Source: Kiritimatiellia bacterium (lineage in GTDB: Bacteria; Verrucomicrobiota; Kiritimatiellia; RFP12; UBA1067). Taken from it: a DNA stretch of 64,000 nucleotides. The first letter of the stretch is position 1, and the number at the start of each line of letters is the position of its first letter. This document shows, in pieces, positions 20,544 to 30,963 of the stretch. The notes below the pieces were generated by a model. That model saw nothing but the letters and a program-made list of their open reading frames with translations, had not been told where the DNA came from and did no database searches. A program made the position numbers and the translations under genes. Location of the stretch: positions 18,550-82,549 of the forward strand of contig JAQIBS010000018.1 of assembly GCA_027858965.1 (NCBI GenBank), written 5' to 3'.

Positions 20544-22895
20544 ATGAAAAAATGTTTCAAAGGTTTATTGTTTGTTTTCACTTTGGCTCTGATTTTAAAT
20601 GCAGCCGCTCAAGGTAGTCTTGTCGCAGATGGCGATTTTGAAAGAGCTGATCTGAAAATCGGGCGTAGTCAGGATAAGGGGGGCTGGTCTGCCTTCAGTC
20701 ATGGAGACTCTGACGCCTGTGTAGTCATTGCTGCGGGGGAGGGACGCAATGGATCTCAGGGTGTACGTTATAAGCGAACAACAGCAGGCACTGACAATTT
20801 TCATCTTGATCAGATATTTTCCGTTGCACGCAATACAACATATGAAATCAGCGCATGGGTACGTACAGATGGACGGCTTAATCCTGTCTTATCTGTGATG
20901 ACGATGAAGTGGCGTGTTCTTGCAGAGCTGCCTTCTAATGCCAGTTCTGAATGGACCCGCGTGACGTTTCTCTTTAACTCATCTGAAAATGACAGTGTTC
21001 GCTTTGAATGGTTTCCAGGCTCACAAGGTTCTCTTTATCAGGGGATGCCCGGCACGAGTTGGCTGGATGATGTCAGTGTAAGGCAACTGGAATCTGTTCC
21101 AGCGGCGGTTCAGCGGGCACTTGATCTGTCGCGTTCACATATTAATGATGAGAAGGACATTACAAAAGTCCATGCCGGCTGTGTTGGTGATCCTTTGCCT
21201 TTGCGTCCTATCAGCTGCCGTGATGGAGTTCTGCTTTATCCTGATGGGAGCGAAGTCGCACTCTGGGGAGTGAATTTCCAAACGGCCCTGAGCTGGGAGT
21301 ATAACGGTCGCCTTAAGAAATGTAATATCCCGCTTGATGCCGATACTCTCAAGGAAATTACTGATAGAAATCTTGATGAGCTGGTACGCATGCAGGTCCG
21401 CATGATCCGTATGCATCTGCTTCCATCAGATTTCAGCGATGCTGAAGGAAATGTCTGCGACAGCGTGTTTCTTGATGTGCTTGACTATACTATAGCAGGT
21501 TGTCGTAAACGGGGTATCTATGTTTATCTGACATTGATTAATGAAATGAACGGTGTGTATTTAAAGGATTCGTTCATGGCCGGGCGTGATCGCCGTGAGT
21601 GGATTACAGATCCGGCACTGGTGAATAAGACGGAGCGATATGTGCGCTCGTTTCTTGATCGTAAAAACCGGTATACAGATGTGTCTTACAGCGAAGAGGT
21701 CGCGATAGCACTTTTTGAGATATCCAACGAGCCCGGCTATGTTGATTATAAAGAGCTCAGTTCTGATCCGCTGTTTGATTCGTACAATAAGGAATTCAAA
21801 AGCTGGTGCGAAGCTGAAAAACTGAGCGGTAATTTTCATCTTCACTATCGTGTGTTCCGTTATGAAAGAGTGCTTGCCTATATAAACCGTATGTGTGCTG
21901 TGATTAGAAGTACCGGTTCAAGCAAGCCTGTGGCATGGAATCTTAACTGGCCCCGTTTTGTACAGGACCATCAGGATGTATATCAGGCAGCTGCTGACAG
22001 CAATGCAGATGCCGTTTCGTTTTGTCTATACCCCGGTCAAAGTGATGTAAAGAATCCGTACTGGAAAAATCCGGAGGATTTGAGTTCAAAGAACTATCTT
22101 CCATTTCTTGATAGGAATGCCGCTGAGTATCACCGTTTGCGCTGGACGTTGAGCAAACAGTTTGCCGGAAAGGCAAAACTTGTTTATGAATATGAGACTT
22201 TTTTTAATCAATCATCATATCTCTATCCGGCTATGGCGCGGCTATTTCGCTCTCTTGGGGTACAGGCTGCCAACATGTGGACCTATTCTCTGACACCGGC
22301 GGCGGAGCATATGAGCGGACCGCATCTTCTTAATCTTTACTGTACCCCTGAAAAGGCGGTCAGTTTTACGATTGCCGGCGAGTTGTTTGCGCATACTCAG
22401 CGTTGCTTGCCCTTTGGTTATGCCGGAGAAGATAATCGTATTTTTGAAAGCTGTGCTGTTTCGTTCACAAACAATGTCAGCCTGTTTCAAGCCGGGGATG
22501 TTTATATGCAGTCCCGTGCATCAAGTTGGTCTCCGTTTGCGCCTGATCTCAGTGCTCAGCATGTGATTGCCTGCGGAAGCTCACCGCAGGTCACCTATAC
22601 CGGCAGCGGTGCCTATTATGTTGATATCAACGATTCCGCTATTGAAATAGAGATCAATCCTGATTCTGAGTTTGTGCAGGCTCATTGGAATACCCGACGC
22701 AAGGGATACCCGGCAAAAGTCTGTCGGCTTGATTCAACAAAATCGCATCGTTTTGTTTTACATCATCCAGAGTGGCAGAGTGGTATCCGCATACTGCGTG
22801 TGGAAAAGGGTGTCTCGACGTCTGTTAATTTAATCAACGGTAAAGCAGAGTTTATTGCGCAACCTGGTCATTACAGGATTGAGAAGTTGAATTAG
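20544..22895 (+). CDS. Secreted glycoside hydrolase, clan GH-A TIM barrel (GH5-like), with an N-terminal CBM4/9-like beta-sandwich.
   Basis: 'LFEISNEPGY' resembles the GH5 acid/base 'NEP' strand. N-terminal signal peptide. Confidence 0.45.
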   Translation: MKKCFKGLLFVFTLALILNAAAQGSLVADGDFERADLKIGRSQDKGGWSAFSHGDSDACVVIAAGEGRNGSQGVRYKRTTAGTDNFHLDQIFSVARNTTYEISAWVRTDGRLNPVLSVMTMKWRVLAELPSNASSEWTRVTFLFNSSENDSVRFEWFPGSQGSLYQGMPGTSWLDDVSVRQLESVPAAVQRALDLSRSHINDEKDITKVHAGCVGDPLPLRPISCRDGVLLYPDGSEVALWGVNFQTALSWEYNGRLKKCNIPLDADTLKEITDRNLDELVRMQVRMIRMHLLPSDFSDAEGNVCDSVFLDVLDYTIAGCRKRGIYVYLTLINEMNGVYLKDSFMAGRDRREWITDPALVNKTERYVRSFLDRKNRYTDVSYSEEVAIALFEISNEPGYVDYKELSSDPLFDSYNKEFKSWCEAEKLSGNFHLHYRVFRYERVLAYINRMCAVIRSTGSSKPVAWNLNWPRFVQDHQDVYQAAADSNADAVSFCLYPGQSDVKNPYWKNPEDLSSKNYLPFLDRNAAEYHRLRWTLSKQFAGKAKLVYEYETFFNQSSYLYPAMARLFRSLGVQAANMWTYSLTPAAEHMSGPHLLNLYCTPEKAVSFTIAGELFAHTQRCLPFGYAGEDNRIFESCAVSFTNNVSLFQAGDVYMQSRASSWSPFAPDLSAQHVIACGSSPQVTYTGSGAYYVDINDSAIEIEINPDSEFVQAHWNTRRKGYPAKVCRLDSTKSHRFVLHHPEWQSGIRILRVEKGVSTSVNLINGKAEFIAQPGHYRIEKLN

Positions 22896-22902
22896 AAACA
22901 GG

Positions 22903-22940
22903 TATACTGCTTAGGCTGTTAGGCTGTTAGGCTGTTAGGC
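22903..22940. repeat. Octanucleotide tandem repeat (TTAGGCTG)x4 in the promoter region of the next gene.
   Basis: 'gcttaggctgttaggctgttaggctgttaggctaaatg'. Confidence 0.8.
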
Positions 22941-23003
22941 TAAATGCACATGATTTTATGTTTTAATAGGCAAAGGGGTATGCCGCAGCAATCAAGGGGG
23001 AGT

Positions 23004-25592
23004 ATGTTTATGAAATTTAAATTTGTTTTGTTAATAATGGTAGCTGCATTTATGCTGGGCTGTCACCTTGCTGTCGATAGCAATAAGCCTGTGGCAGTGC
23101 GAGTTCAGGATACTGCGGGTGGTCCCAGGATTCACGTTGATGGACAACCAATCCCTCCACGTTTTTTTGCCGGGTTTCTAGGTGGTTCACACCGGACAGA
23201 TAAAGAGTGGCGCGAGGTTTCGTTTGATTTTTCTCCGGCAGCAGTGGAGAAAATTCCGGGTGAGTATCGCATTCACATCCGTTTCAACGATGCCGCTGAT
23301 TTTCTGTTGAAAGACATTTGCGTGACAGATCTGACACACAGTAAAGAGTGTCTCGTGAAAAACAGTTTTAATGCTGAGAAGAGCTATACAAAGGTATGGT
23401 CTACATATCAGGCGAAAAAAACGAAAAAAGCAGAGCCGACTGTGATAACCAAGTGGACACCGGAGGGAGTGAGCGTCAGTGTTCAGGGAGAGGTCTCCGG
23501 ATGGTGGCCTACTTACCAGCTGCGTACGGATAAAGGAGCTCTCAAACTGGAGCATGGCTCCCGCTATCAGTGTCGGTTTAAGATCCGTTCCTCTAAACGA
23601 GCCCTGGTTAATGTGATGGCGCAACAGATGATCGGTGGACGCTGGCAGCAGATCGGGCCTCCCTCAAGCGATATTTTTGATACTCAGTTGAAGATGGCAC
23701 GTGAAGCTGGAATCCGGCTCTGCCATGTTCAGATGCCAACCTGTTTTGAACCTCCGGAGAAACCACAGAACTGGGAAGCGCTGGATCAGTATTTTCAGCA
23801 TGTAATATCAGTGGTTCCGGATGCCTTGATTGTTCCGCGTATTTCTGCTGATGTTCCCTCATGGTGGATCAAACGATATCCCGGGGAGGCAATGGTATAT
23901 GAAGACGGCAGCCGCAGTCATAAAGCAACAGTAAACAGTCCCAGGTATCGTCAGGATATGTGTGCGCATTTTGAAAAACTCTGTCGCCATCTATGCGAAA
24001 CATTTCCGAAGAACTTTGCCGGCATTCTGCCGTTAGGTCAGGGCACCTACGAGTGGTACTACGAAAAGTCATTGGCAACATTGGTCAGTGGGTTTGATCC
24101 GGCCACAGAGACTGCCTGGCATAAGTGGCTCAAAGCGCAGGGACGCAAGGATGCCTCATCCATACCTGTTCCCTCTGCAGCGTTGCGTCATGGGACACCT
24201 AATGGCATGCTGCGTGATCCAGGTTCCGAATCTGACTTGATTGATTTTGCCCGCTTCCGTCAGGAGCAGATGGCGGATATGGTCCTGGAACTGGCGGCAG
24301 CTTGTCGCCGCGGAACAGCCGGAAAGAAGATGGTTCTGTTTTTCTATGGTTATCTTTTTGAGATGGGTATGTGTAAAAATGGAGCTTATGATACTGGTCA
24401 TTATGCGCTCTCGCGTGTGCTGGCAAGTGATGATATTGATATTCTCTGTGCTCCCTTGAGTTACACCGGACGGGCATGGGGCAGTTCATCAGCCAGCATG
24501 ACGGCAACCGAGAGTGTTCTTGCGGCTGGCAAACTGTGGCTTAATGAGGATGATTGTCGCACGTATCTGGCCGGCACAAGTTCGCTGGGTGGAGTCGATA
24601 CTCTTGAGAAGTCTATTGATATTCTGCGTCGCAGTCGTGGTCAGGCTTTGATCCGGGGCTTTGCTGACTGGTGGCTGGATATTCGTGATATGGGCTGGCA
24701 TGATGATCCTGCGATGTGGAAAATCCAGCACCAGATAAATCCTGCTGAGAAAATCAGATTGGCCAGTCGAAATCCTTACAGTTCTGAGATTGCCATGATT
24801 GTTGATGAAGACAGCATGGTGCACCTCTCAGGAAAGTCGAAAGCTCTGGCCATGCCGCTTGTGTATAAGTCCCGTGATGCCTTTGGCTGCAGCGGAGCTC
24901 CTTATTCACAACTGTTACTTGATGATATTGCCTCAGGCCGTATGACCCCGCCATTGCAGTTTTTTCTGGCAGCCTGGTCATTAACTGATAAACAACGGGA
25001 TATGTTGCATAAGAATCGCGGAAAAGGTGTGACGCGTGTATGGTGTCATGCTCCGGGGTATATCCGTTCGGGCGGGTTTTCAACCGAAGGCATCAGGGAT
25101 GTGACAGGCTTTAAGGTTGAAGCCGTTGATCTAGCCTCTGCTGTGGTCACTCCTACAGATGCGGGTAAGGCATTGGGGCTTATAGAGCCATGGGGACCTG
25201 CAACACGTATAACTCCGCTTTTTAAAGTTATTCCTGAAGCTGGAGATCGTGTGCTGGCCACTTACAGTGATGGGGCGGCGGCAATGGTCGTGAGAAGTTC
25301 ATCGAAAGGAACAGATGTTTATCTTGCAACCCCATGTGTGACCTCACCTCTGATCCGTGCCCTGGCACGTATGAGCGGAGTGCACCTGTTTACAGATGTG
25401 AATGCAGGTGTGTGGGCGAAGGGAGATCTGGCCAGTATTCATGTTATGGCGGATGGACCTCTTAAAGTTCACATGAAGCGTGCTGGCAGGGTCTGCGATC
25501 TATACAGCGGTCGGGTGTTCGGTGATGGGCTGGTTGTTGAAATTCCCTCCAGAAAAGGGGAGACGCTGCTGCTGCGTGTATTGAATGATTGA
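23004..25592 (+). CDS. Predicted lipoprotein, putative glycoside hydrolase (TIM-barrel, beta-galactosidase/GH42-like). Family assignment uncertain.
   Basis: Start after GGGGGAG. Lipobox 'FMLGC'. Large secreted protein in a glycan-degradation context. Confidence 0.3.
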   Translation: MFMKFKFVLLIMVAAFMLGCHLAVDSNKPVAVRVQDTAGGPRIHVDGQPIPPRFFAGFLGGSHRTDKEWREVSFDFSPAAVEKIPGEYRIHIRFNDAADFLLKDICVTDLTHSKECLVKNSFNAEKSYTKVWSTYQAKKTKKAEPTVITKWTPEGVSVSVQGEVSGWWPTYQLRTDKGALKLEHGSRYQCRFKIRSSKRALVNVMAQQMIGGRWQQIGPPSSDIFDTQLKMAREAGIRLCHVQMPTCFEPPEKPQNWEALDQYFQHVISVVPDALIVPRISADVPSWWIKRYPGEAMVYEDGSRSHKATVNSPRYRQDMCAHFEKLCRHLCETFPKNFAGILPLGQGTYEWYYEKSLATLVSGFDPATETAWHKWLKAQGRKDASSIPVPSAALRHGTPNGMLRDPGSESDLIDFARFRQEQMADMVLELAAACRRGTAGKKMVLFFYGYLFEMGMCKNGAYDTGHYALSRVLASDDIDILCAPLSYTGRAWGSSSASMTATESVLAAGKLWLNEDDCRTYLAGTSSLGGVDTLEKSIDILRRSRGQALIRGFADWWLDIRDMGWHDDPAMWKIQHQINPAEKIRLASRNPYSSEIAMIVDEDSMVHLSGKSKALAMPLVYKSRDAFGCSGAPYSQLLLDDIASGRMTPPLQFFLAAWSLTDKQRDMLHKNRGKGVTRVWCHAPGYIRSGGFSTEGIRDVTGFKVEAVDLASAVVTPTDAGKALGLIEPWGPATRITPLFKVIPEAGDRVLATYSDGAAAMVVRSSSKGTDVYLATPCVTSPLIRALARMSGVHLFTDVNAGVWAKGDLASIHVMADGPLKVHMKRAGRVCDLYSGRVFGDGLVVEIPSRKGETLLLRVLND

Positions 25593-25693
25593 GCAAAACC
25601 CACGTTAGCCGCTATTCCCTCAACTTCTTGTTGTTTATGCACATCTATTCGCGGAGATTCGCGGTTAAAAAAATTAGTTGCGGTTCCGCTGCT

Positions 25694-26911
25694 TTAGGAC
25701 TTTACTCTGTAGGTTTTTCGGGCGTTACTCATTGTTTCATCAAAGGTTTTACGGACAAGTACGCTCAGGTGATTGCTGTTCGTAAATCCGCTGCGCTCGG
25801 CGATTTTCGCGAATGACAACTCTGTTTTAGTGACAAGATTGTAGATTGTTTTAGCTCTGACTCTGTGAATTTCTTTTACTGCAGATCTGCCAAGCTCCTG
25901 TGCAAAGCGTTTTTCCAGCCAGCGCTCTGATACCCCGACCTGTATAGCAACATCCGAGACTCGGATATTCAGTCCTGAGTTGATTCGTATGAATTCCAGA
26001 GCTTTGATGACAAGGCGGTCATTTACCTGTAATCGCTGTGAAGAGGCTCGGTGTATGATATTTTCCGGTTCATAGCGGACATGGGGTTCCTGCAGCTTTC
26101 CGCTATGCATTAGCTTATCAAGCATCTCTGCGGCCAAGTATCCGGCTTGCTCCATATTAACAGCAATGCTTGATAGCGGCGGCAGACTGGTTTCACAGAT
26201 AAGCACATCATTATTTACACCGAGTACCGCAATTTCATAAGGGACCGCTATATCAGCTGAAAGACATGCATTAAGCACCTGACGTCCACGAGAGTCGTTA
26301 GCCGCAAAAATCGCAATCGGTTTCGGAAGCTTCTTTAACCAGCAACACATCGCTCTTTTTTCTGATGACCAGTTTAAGATATCATCTATATCCGGCATTT
26401 CATAAACATCGCACGTAAAATTCCGCTCTGCCAGTTGTTTGATAAATGCCTGCTGACGCCAGCGTGACCAGTTGAACCCGTTCGGGTCGCCGACGTAACC
26501 GAAGTTTGTAAATCCCTGTGAGATCAGGTGGTTGACGGCCATAAGAGAAACAGCTTCTGAGTTACATTGAACACGCGGACATTTTGCCAGGGGGTGACTT
26601 TCGTCAAGATAACGGTTGAATGGATCAATCAGAATGGTGGGTAGTTTCGCCTGAATAATATCTTCAGCAGATTCAGAATTGGGAATGCGTGCAATAATGC
26701 CGTTACCTTTCCACTCTTTAATATCAGGCATGCGTTGGTCATTGGCTCCACCGGCAATCATATCCAGCGCCCATGGACCATAAACACGCACATATTCAAG
26801 AATGCCCCGCATCATCCCACGTGATATCCCGTGCGATGATTCCAGCAGAATAGCAACTTGCGGGATCTTTTTTCGCGTCTTTTTCTTTTTGACATTGTTT
26901 CTCTTTGCCAT
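25694..26911 (-). CDS. XylR-type transcriptional regulator: periplasmic-binding-protein-like sugar-sensor domain fused to a C-terminal AraC-family HTH.
   Basis: C-terminal 'ALEFIRINSGLNIRVSDVAIQVGVSERWLEKRF...FAKIAERSGFTNSNHLSVLVRKTF' is an AraC HTH. LacI/PBP-like N-terminal domain. Start taken at the internal Met MAKRNNVKKKK (26911). Confidence 0.65.
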   Translation of the reverse strand: MAKRNNVKKKKTRKKIPQVAILLESSHGISRGMMRGILEYVRVYGPWALDMIAGGANDQRMPDIKEWKGNGIIARIPNSESAEDIIQAKLPTILIDPFNRYLDESHPLAKCPRVQCNSEAVSLMAVNHLISQGFTNFGYVGDPNGFNWSRWRQQAFIKQLAERNFTCDVYEMPDIDDILNWSSEKRAMCCWLKKLPKPIAIFAANDSRGRQVLNACLSADIAVPYEIAVLGVNNDVLICETSLPPLSSIAVNMEQAGYLAAEMLDKLMHSGKLQEPHVRYEPENIIHRASSQRLQVNDRLVIKALEFIRINSGLNIRVSDVAIQVGVSERWLEKRFAQELGRSAVKEIHRVRAKTIYNLVTKTELSFAKIAERSGFTNSNHLSVLVRKTFDETMSNARKTYRVKS

Positions 26912-26928
26912 GTTGTTACTATAAAGCA

Positions 26929-26974
26929 TGTAGTTCGGAAAATCTAACATATAATTCGTAAAATAGAGAATGTG
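26929..26974. promoter_or_regulatory. Candidate operator: direct repeat TTCGGAAAAT-N11-TTCG(T/G)AAAAT. Same 46-bp element recurs at 29498-29543.
   Basis: 'tgtagttcggaaaatctaacatataattcgtaaaatagagaatgtg' versus 'tgtagttcggaaaatctaacatatagttcggaaaatagagaatgcg'. Confidence 0.5.
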
Positions 26975-27034
26975 AATTATTCGGTTATATGAAATGATTA
27001 AAAGGTTGAAGGTTGAAGGGGCATCGTTGAATTT

Positions 27035-27109
27035 GTTCGGTATCGCTATCGGTATCGGCATCGGTATCGAATTTAATTCGATGGTTGCTGTGTCCGATAG
27101 CGATACCGA
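27035..27109. promoter_or_regulatory. Perfect 17-bp inverted repeat (ttcggtatcgctatcgg ... ccgatagcgataccgaa) with internal cggtat hexamer repeats. It lies between the divergent regulator and the beta-helix gene.
   Basis: Seen directly in the sequence. The two arms are separated by 41 bp. Confidence 0.5.
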
Positions 27110-27168
27110 ATGTAATTAAGATCCATGTTATAGGGACAGATGCAATATTAGATAGGAATGAAATTGAT

Positions 27169-29289
27169 ATGAGAACATTGATGAGCATGGTATTTTCGTA
27201 TGTCTGTTTAGTGGCTGTAGTGGGCGCAAATACGACAGAACTATATGTGTCCCCAACCGGTTTAGACAATAATCCCGGATCGCGGGACAAGCCTTTTGCC
27301 ACATTATCAAGGGCGCGTGATGCTGTAAGGGCTATGAAGCGTGGCAAGGGGCTTCCGCAGGATGGCGTGACTGTATGGCTGCGTGGTGGCGAATATTTCT
27401 TCAGCGGACCGCTGGAACTGAACTCTGCTGATTCCGGTGAGCCGGATAAACCCGTGATATATTCTGCATACAAGGATGAAGTACCGGTTCTTTCGGGGGG
27501 CCGTTGTATCAAGGGTTTGCATCCGGTGGGTGGGGGAATATGGGAGGTCTCTGTTCCTGAGGCGAAAGGCGGCGCCTGGATTTTCCGTACTCTGTATGTT
27601 AATGGCAGTCGCTATACTCTGGCACGGTCACCAAATAATAGTTTTTATGAAATGGAGGGGGCTCTTCCCGATGAAAACTCTCCTAAGGATGGTGCGGAAG
27701 CAGGTAAATCAAAGTCAGGTTTTAAAGTTCTTCCCGCTGTGTTAGGGCAATGGCCTGATAACAGTGGAATCAATGTTAAGTTGTGGGGACGCTGGTGGAC
27801 ATCACTGTTGATGGTGCGTTCGGTTGATCCATCTGGCGGAGCTGTGAAACTTTGCGGGGCGGATAAACAATATCTGCCATATCGACATCGCAAGAAGACT
27901 CCGTTTATCATTGAAAACCATCCCGGAGCACTTGATGTCTCCGGTGAGTGGCAGCTGGATCGTAATACAGGTGTGTTGAAGATTATTCCGCGTGCGGGTG
28001 ATGATCTTAGCTCTATGGAAGTGATTGCACCTGTGGCGGAAAGGTTGCTGGTGTTGAAGGGGGATGCTGCGACAGGATCTTATGTGAATCACGTGGTTTT
28101 TCGAGGAATCAGCTTTCGCTATACAAACTGGACCCTGACCCCGGATTTTACAGGAATGCAGGCCGATGCGGATGTGAGTGCTGTAATTGAGTGTTATGGG
28201 AGTCGGAACTGTCTGTTTGAAGGGTGTGAAGTGAGCCAGACAGATACATCCGCAATCTGGCTGCGGCGTGGCACCCGTGAGTGTACGGTACGGCAATGTC
28301 ATTTTTATGATCTGGGCGCAGGCGGCGTGAAACTCGGTGAAACACAGGCATATGCGCAAAGTGATCCGCTCTGTACCGGTGGTAATACTGTTGAAAACTG
28401 CTATATACATAATGCGGGTCATGTGCATGGCTCCGGCGGTACCGGCATCTGGATTGGTGCAAGTTCTGATAATACCGTCACACATAATGAGATCTGTGAT
28501 CTTTGGTATACCGGTATAGCCGTGGGATGGAGATGGAGTGCGGATCTTAATGGTACGCGTAATAACCGTATAACATACAATTATATCCATCATATTATGC
28601 AGCGTCTCTCTGATGGAGGGGGAATTTATACTCTCGGTTTTCAACCTCAGACGGTATTGGCTAATAATATCATTCACGACAGCGGCCGGGATGGAGGTCC
28701 ATCGCATTGTCGAGGCATCTATATGGATGAAGGTTCTGTCGGATTTCTGGTTGAAAACAACCTTGTATATGATACGCAGGATGCTGCCCTGCGGATGCAG
28801 ATCGGGACGGGTTGCAACGTTTTCATCAATAATATCCTGGCATATGCCCGTGAATATGCGGTTGATATGGATGTAGCAAGAACTTGTGTTTTTATTAATA
28901 ACATTGTTTATCTGGATCAAGGTCGTCTGTTTAAATTTCAGAAGTGGCCGCATTACGAAAAATACATCTCAAAGAATCTCTATTGGCGGACTGATGGTCA
29001 GCCATTTACGGTCATGGGTCAGTCCTGGGATGAGTGGCGCAAGCAGACGCAGGCACCTATGTCCTATTTTAAAGGCCAGACCATGGATCAAGGCTCATTG
29101 GTAACTGATCCGCAGTTTGTTGATGCGGAAAAACGCGATTTTCGTTTGAAAGCCGGCTCGAAAGCATTTGCTATCGGGTTTAAGCCGCTGGATCTGGCTG
29201 CTCCTGGTTTGATTGGTGATGAAAATTGGACAGCTCTGCCTTCACGAGAGCGGACTTTAATTTCGTTCGAAGAGGGAGTAGCAAGGTAA
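27169..29289 (+). CDS. Secreted right-handed parallel beta-helix repeat protein (putative polysaccharide lyase/glycosidase).
   Basis: 'YVSPTGLDNNPGSRDKPFATLSRARDAV' N-terminus. Repeated 'NN.I.D....GI...' beta-helix rungs ('NCYIHNAGHVHGSGGTGIWIG', 'ENNLVYDT'). Confidence 0.55.
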   Translation: MRTLMSMVFSYVCLVAVVGANTTELYVSPTGLDNNPGSRDKPFATLSRARDAVRAMKRGKGLPQDGVTVWLRGGEYFFSGPLELNSADSGEPDKPVIYSAYKDEVPVLSGGRCIKGLHPVGGGIWEVSVPEAKGGAWIFRTLYVNGSRYTLARSPNNSFYEMEGALPDENSPKDGAEAGKSKSGFKVLPAVLGQWPDNSGINVKLWGRWWTSLLMVRSVDPSGGAVKLCGADKQYLPYRHRKKTPFIIENHPGALDVSGEWQLDRNTGVLKIIPRAGDDLSSMEVIAPVAERLLVLKGDAATGSYVNHVVFRGISFRYTNWTLTPDFTGMQADADVSAVIECYGSRNCLFEGCEVSQTDTSAIWLRRGTRECTVRQCHFYDLGAGGVKLGETQAYAQSDPLCTGGNTVENCYIHNAGHVHGSGGTGIWIGASSDNTVTHNEICDLWYTGIAVGWRWSADLNGTRNNRITYNYIHHIMQRLSDGGGIYTLGFQPQTVLANNIIHDSGRDGGPSHCRGIYMDEGSVGFLVENNLVYDTQDAALRMQIGTGCNVFINNILAYAREYAVDMDVARTCVFINNIVYLDQGRLFKFQKWPHYEKYISKNLYWRTDGQPFTVMGQSWDEWRKQTQAPMSYFKGQTMDQGSLVTDPQFVDAEKRDFRLKAGSKAFAIGFKPLDLAAPGLIGDENWTALPSRERTLISFEEGVAR

Positions 29290-29497
29290 GTCATGCCTTT
29301 GCAAACCGACGCAATTGACTAATGCGGGCTCTGCCCGCAACCCAATAAGAGAACTACGAAAGGCGCGAAAAACACGAAAATTGCTTTTGACGATAGGTCA
29401 TACGCAAAAAAAAGAATTCATTTTTTCGTGCTTTTCGTGTTTTTCGTAGTTAAAAAAACGTGCATAAATAACAAGAAGTTGATTTTATAGCAACTAA

Positions 29498-29543
29498 TGT
29501 AGTTCGGAAAATCTAACATATAGTTCGGAAAATAGAGAATGCG
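29498..29543. promoter_or_regulatory. Second copy of the TTCGGAAAAT direct-repeat element, about 75 bp upstream of gene 29618.
   Basis: See 26929-26974. Confidence 0.5.
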
Positions 29544-29617
29544 TCATTGGGTCTTTTCTGGGATAATAGAAACATATTCTAATTGTGTATTAGGAAAATA
29601 GAAAATGGAGCTATGTT

Positions 29618-30946
29618 ATGAAATTAAAAAACAAATTACTGGCTAATCTAGTGAAGGTCTCTTTCATTATGCTGGCTTTTGCAATGCAGGCAGCGCCTGT
29701 GCCTGTCACTGGCGTGTCAACCACACCTGGATTTGGCGGGGGTATCCCGCTCGGTAGCGGGCGGGTGTTGAATTATGTTGAGATTTCGAATGTTTGGTAC
29801 AATGTCAGAGGTGCCACATGTACTGAGTGTAATGCAGGATCAGCCGAAGGTGCGGTAAACGAAACTCAGCCAACCAGTCGTCTGGTTGCCCTGAGCGGGC
29901 TGAAAATTACGCAGTCTGTGCTCAATATCAAAAGCAGCGGCGCGAAGTTTGATCTGGGCATGACTGTTTCAAATAATACTACTCGGATTCTGTTCAGTGA
30001 AGTTGCGGCGAATACACAGTCAACAGGCGATTATATTACAATTTATCCGACCACTAACGGAGTTGTCGTCGGCTCCTGGAAGCTGGATATTGTGGCTGCA
30101 GATTATGCCGATACCGTTCTTGCATGGCAAGGTGTCACAGGCAGCTATCTATTCCGATCTTTTATAACATCATTCACTCTGAGTGATTTCTCGGGCGATA
30201 CAGGAACTCTGCTTTTCGATGGTTTTAAGATATCCGGTAATAATGATGTTGACCCCAACTTTGCCGCTATATTGCAAGAACCTGCGTCTGCTCCAATATC
30301 GAGTACGCCCATCCCGGCGACCGGAATTTTTTCGCCGGGCTTTGTTATTTCTCCTGAGACGAACCTTCAGACACTTGTTGGAATCGTCACCAGTAATGGA
30401 ACTTCCCGGCAGGTCAGCAGCCTTTCATGTGTAAGGGTGACAAACGGTGGTGCCTACCTGACTGATACTAATAATCCGCCTACAAAGCTTGAAGTTCTTT
30501 CAGAGTTGTCTTTCACAGAGGTCATTGCAAATGCATCCGGCATGGAATTTGAAATCGGGAGGACTGTTAATAGTGATGACGGAGTTCGTTTTTTTCTGAG
30601 TGAGTGTGATGTCAGGGACTCTGGGACAGATGATGTTGTTATTGTTTATCCGCTTTATGAGGGAGAGAGAATTGATAATTGGTGCCTCGAGTTCCAGTCA
30701 TCGGATTATGGTGAACCGACTCCGGATTGGAGTGCACAGCTGTTGGGAGGGGGCCATGAGCCGACCTTCTATGGTTCGCTGACAAGCTTTGCTCTGAGTG
30801 ATTTCACAAATGGACCACCCATTGCTCTGACTGGTGTCAACGGTTTTGAGGTCAAATGTCCCACTATCGACAATCTGACAGCCGATATCAGCGTTTTCGG
30901 CATGTATGAGATGCCACCTGAGGGCACGATTATTTTGGTACAATAA
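29618..30946 (+). CDS. Secreted hypothetical protein, paralog A of a tandem pair. Two internally repeated domains of about 200 aa. C-terminus is ...GTIILVQ.
   Basis: Signal peptide 'MLAFAMQAAPVPV'. 'CTECN'. Internal repeat pattern '...FDLG.TV.N...R.LFSE...GD.I.IYP...G..VG.W.LDI.A.DY...TSF.LSDF...'. GGAG RBS. Confidence 0.5.
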   Translation: MKLKNKLLANLVKVSFIMLAFAMQAAPVPVTGVSTTPGFGGGIPLGSGRVLNYVEISNVWYNVRGATCTECNAGSAEGAVNETQPTSRLVALSGLKITQSVLNIKSSGAKFDLGMTVSNNTTRILFSEVAANTQSTGDYITIYPTTNGVVVGSWKLDIVAADYADTVLAWQGVTGSYLFRSFITSFTLSDFSGDTGTLLFDGFKISGNNDVDPNFAAILQEPASAPISSTPIPATGIFSPGFVISPETNLQTLVGIVTSNGTSRQVSSLSCVRVTNGGAYLTDTNNPPTKLEVLSELSFTEVIANASGMEFEIGRTVNSDDGVRFFLSECDVRDSGTDDVVIVYPLYEGERIDNWCLEFQSSDYGEPTPDWSAQLLGGGHEPTFYGSLTSFALSDFTNGPPIALTGVNGFEVKCPTIDNLTADISVFGMYEMPPEGTIILVQ

Positions 30947-30963
30947 TTAAAATCAATCTACAT

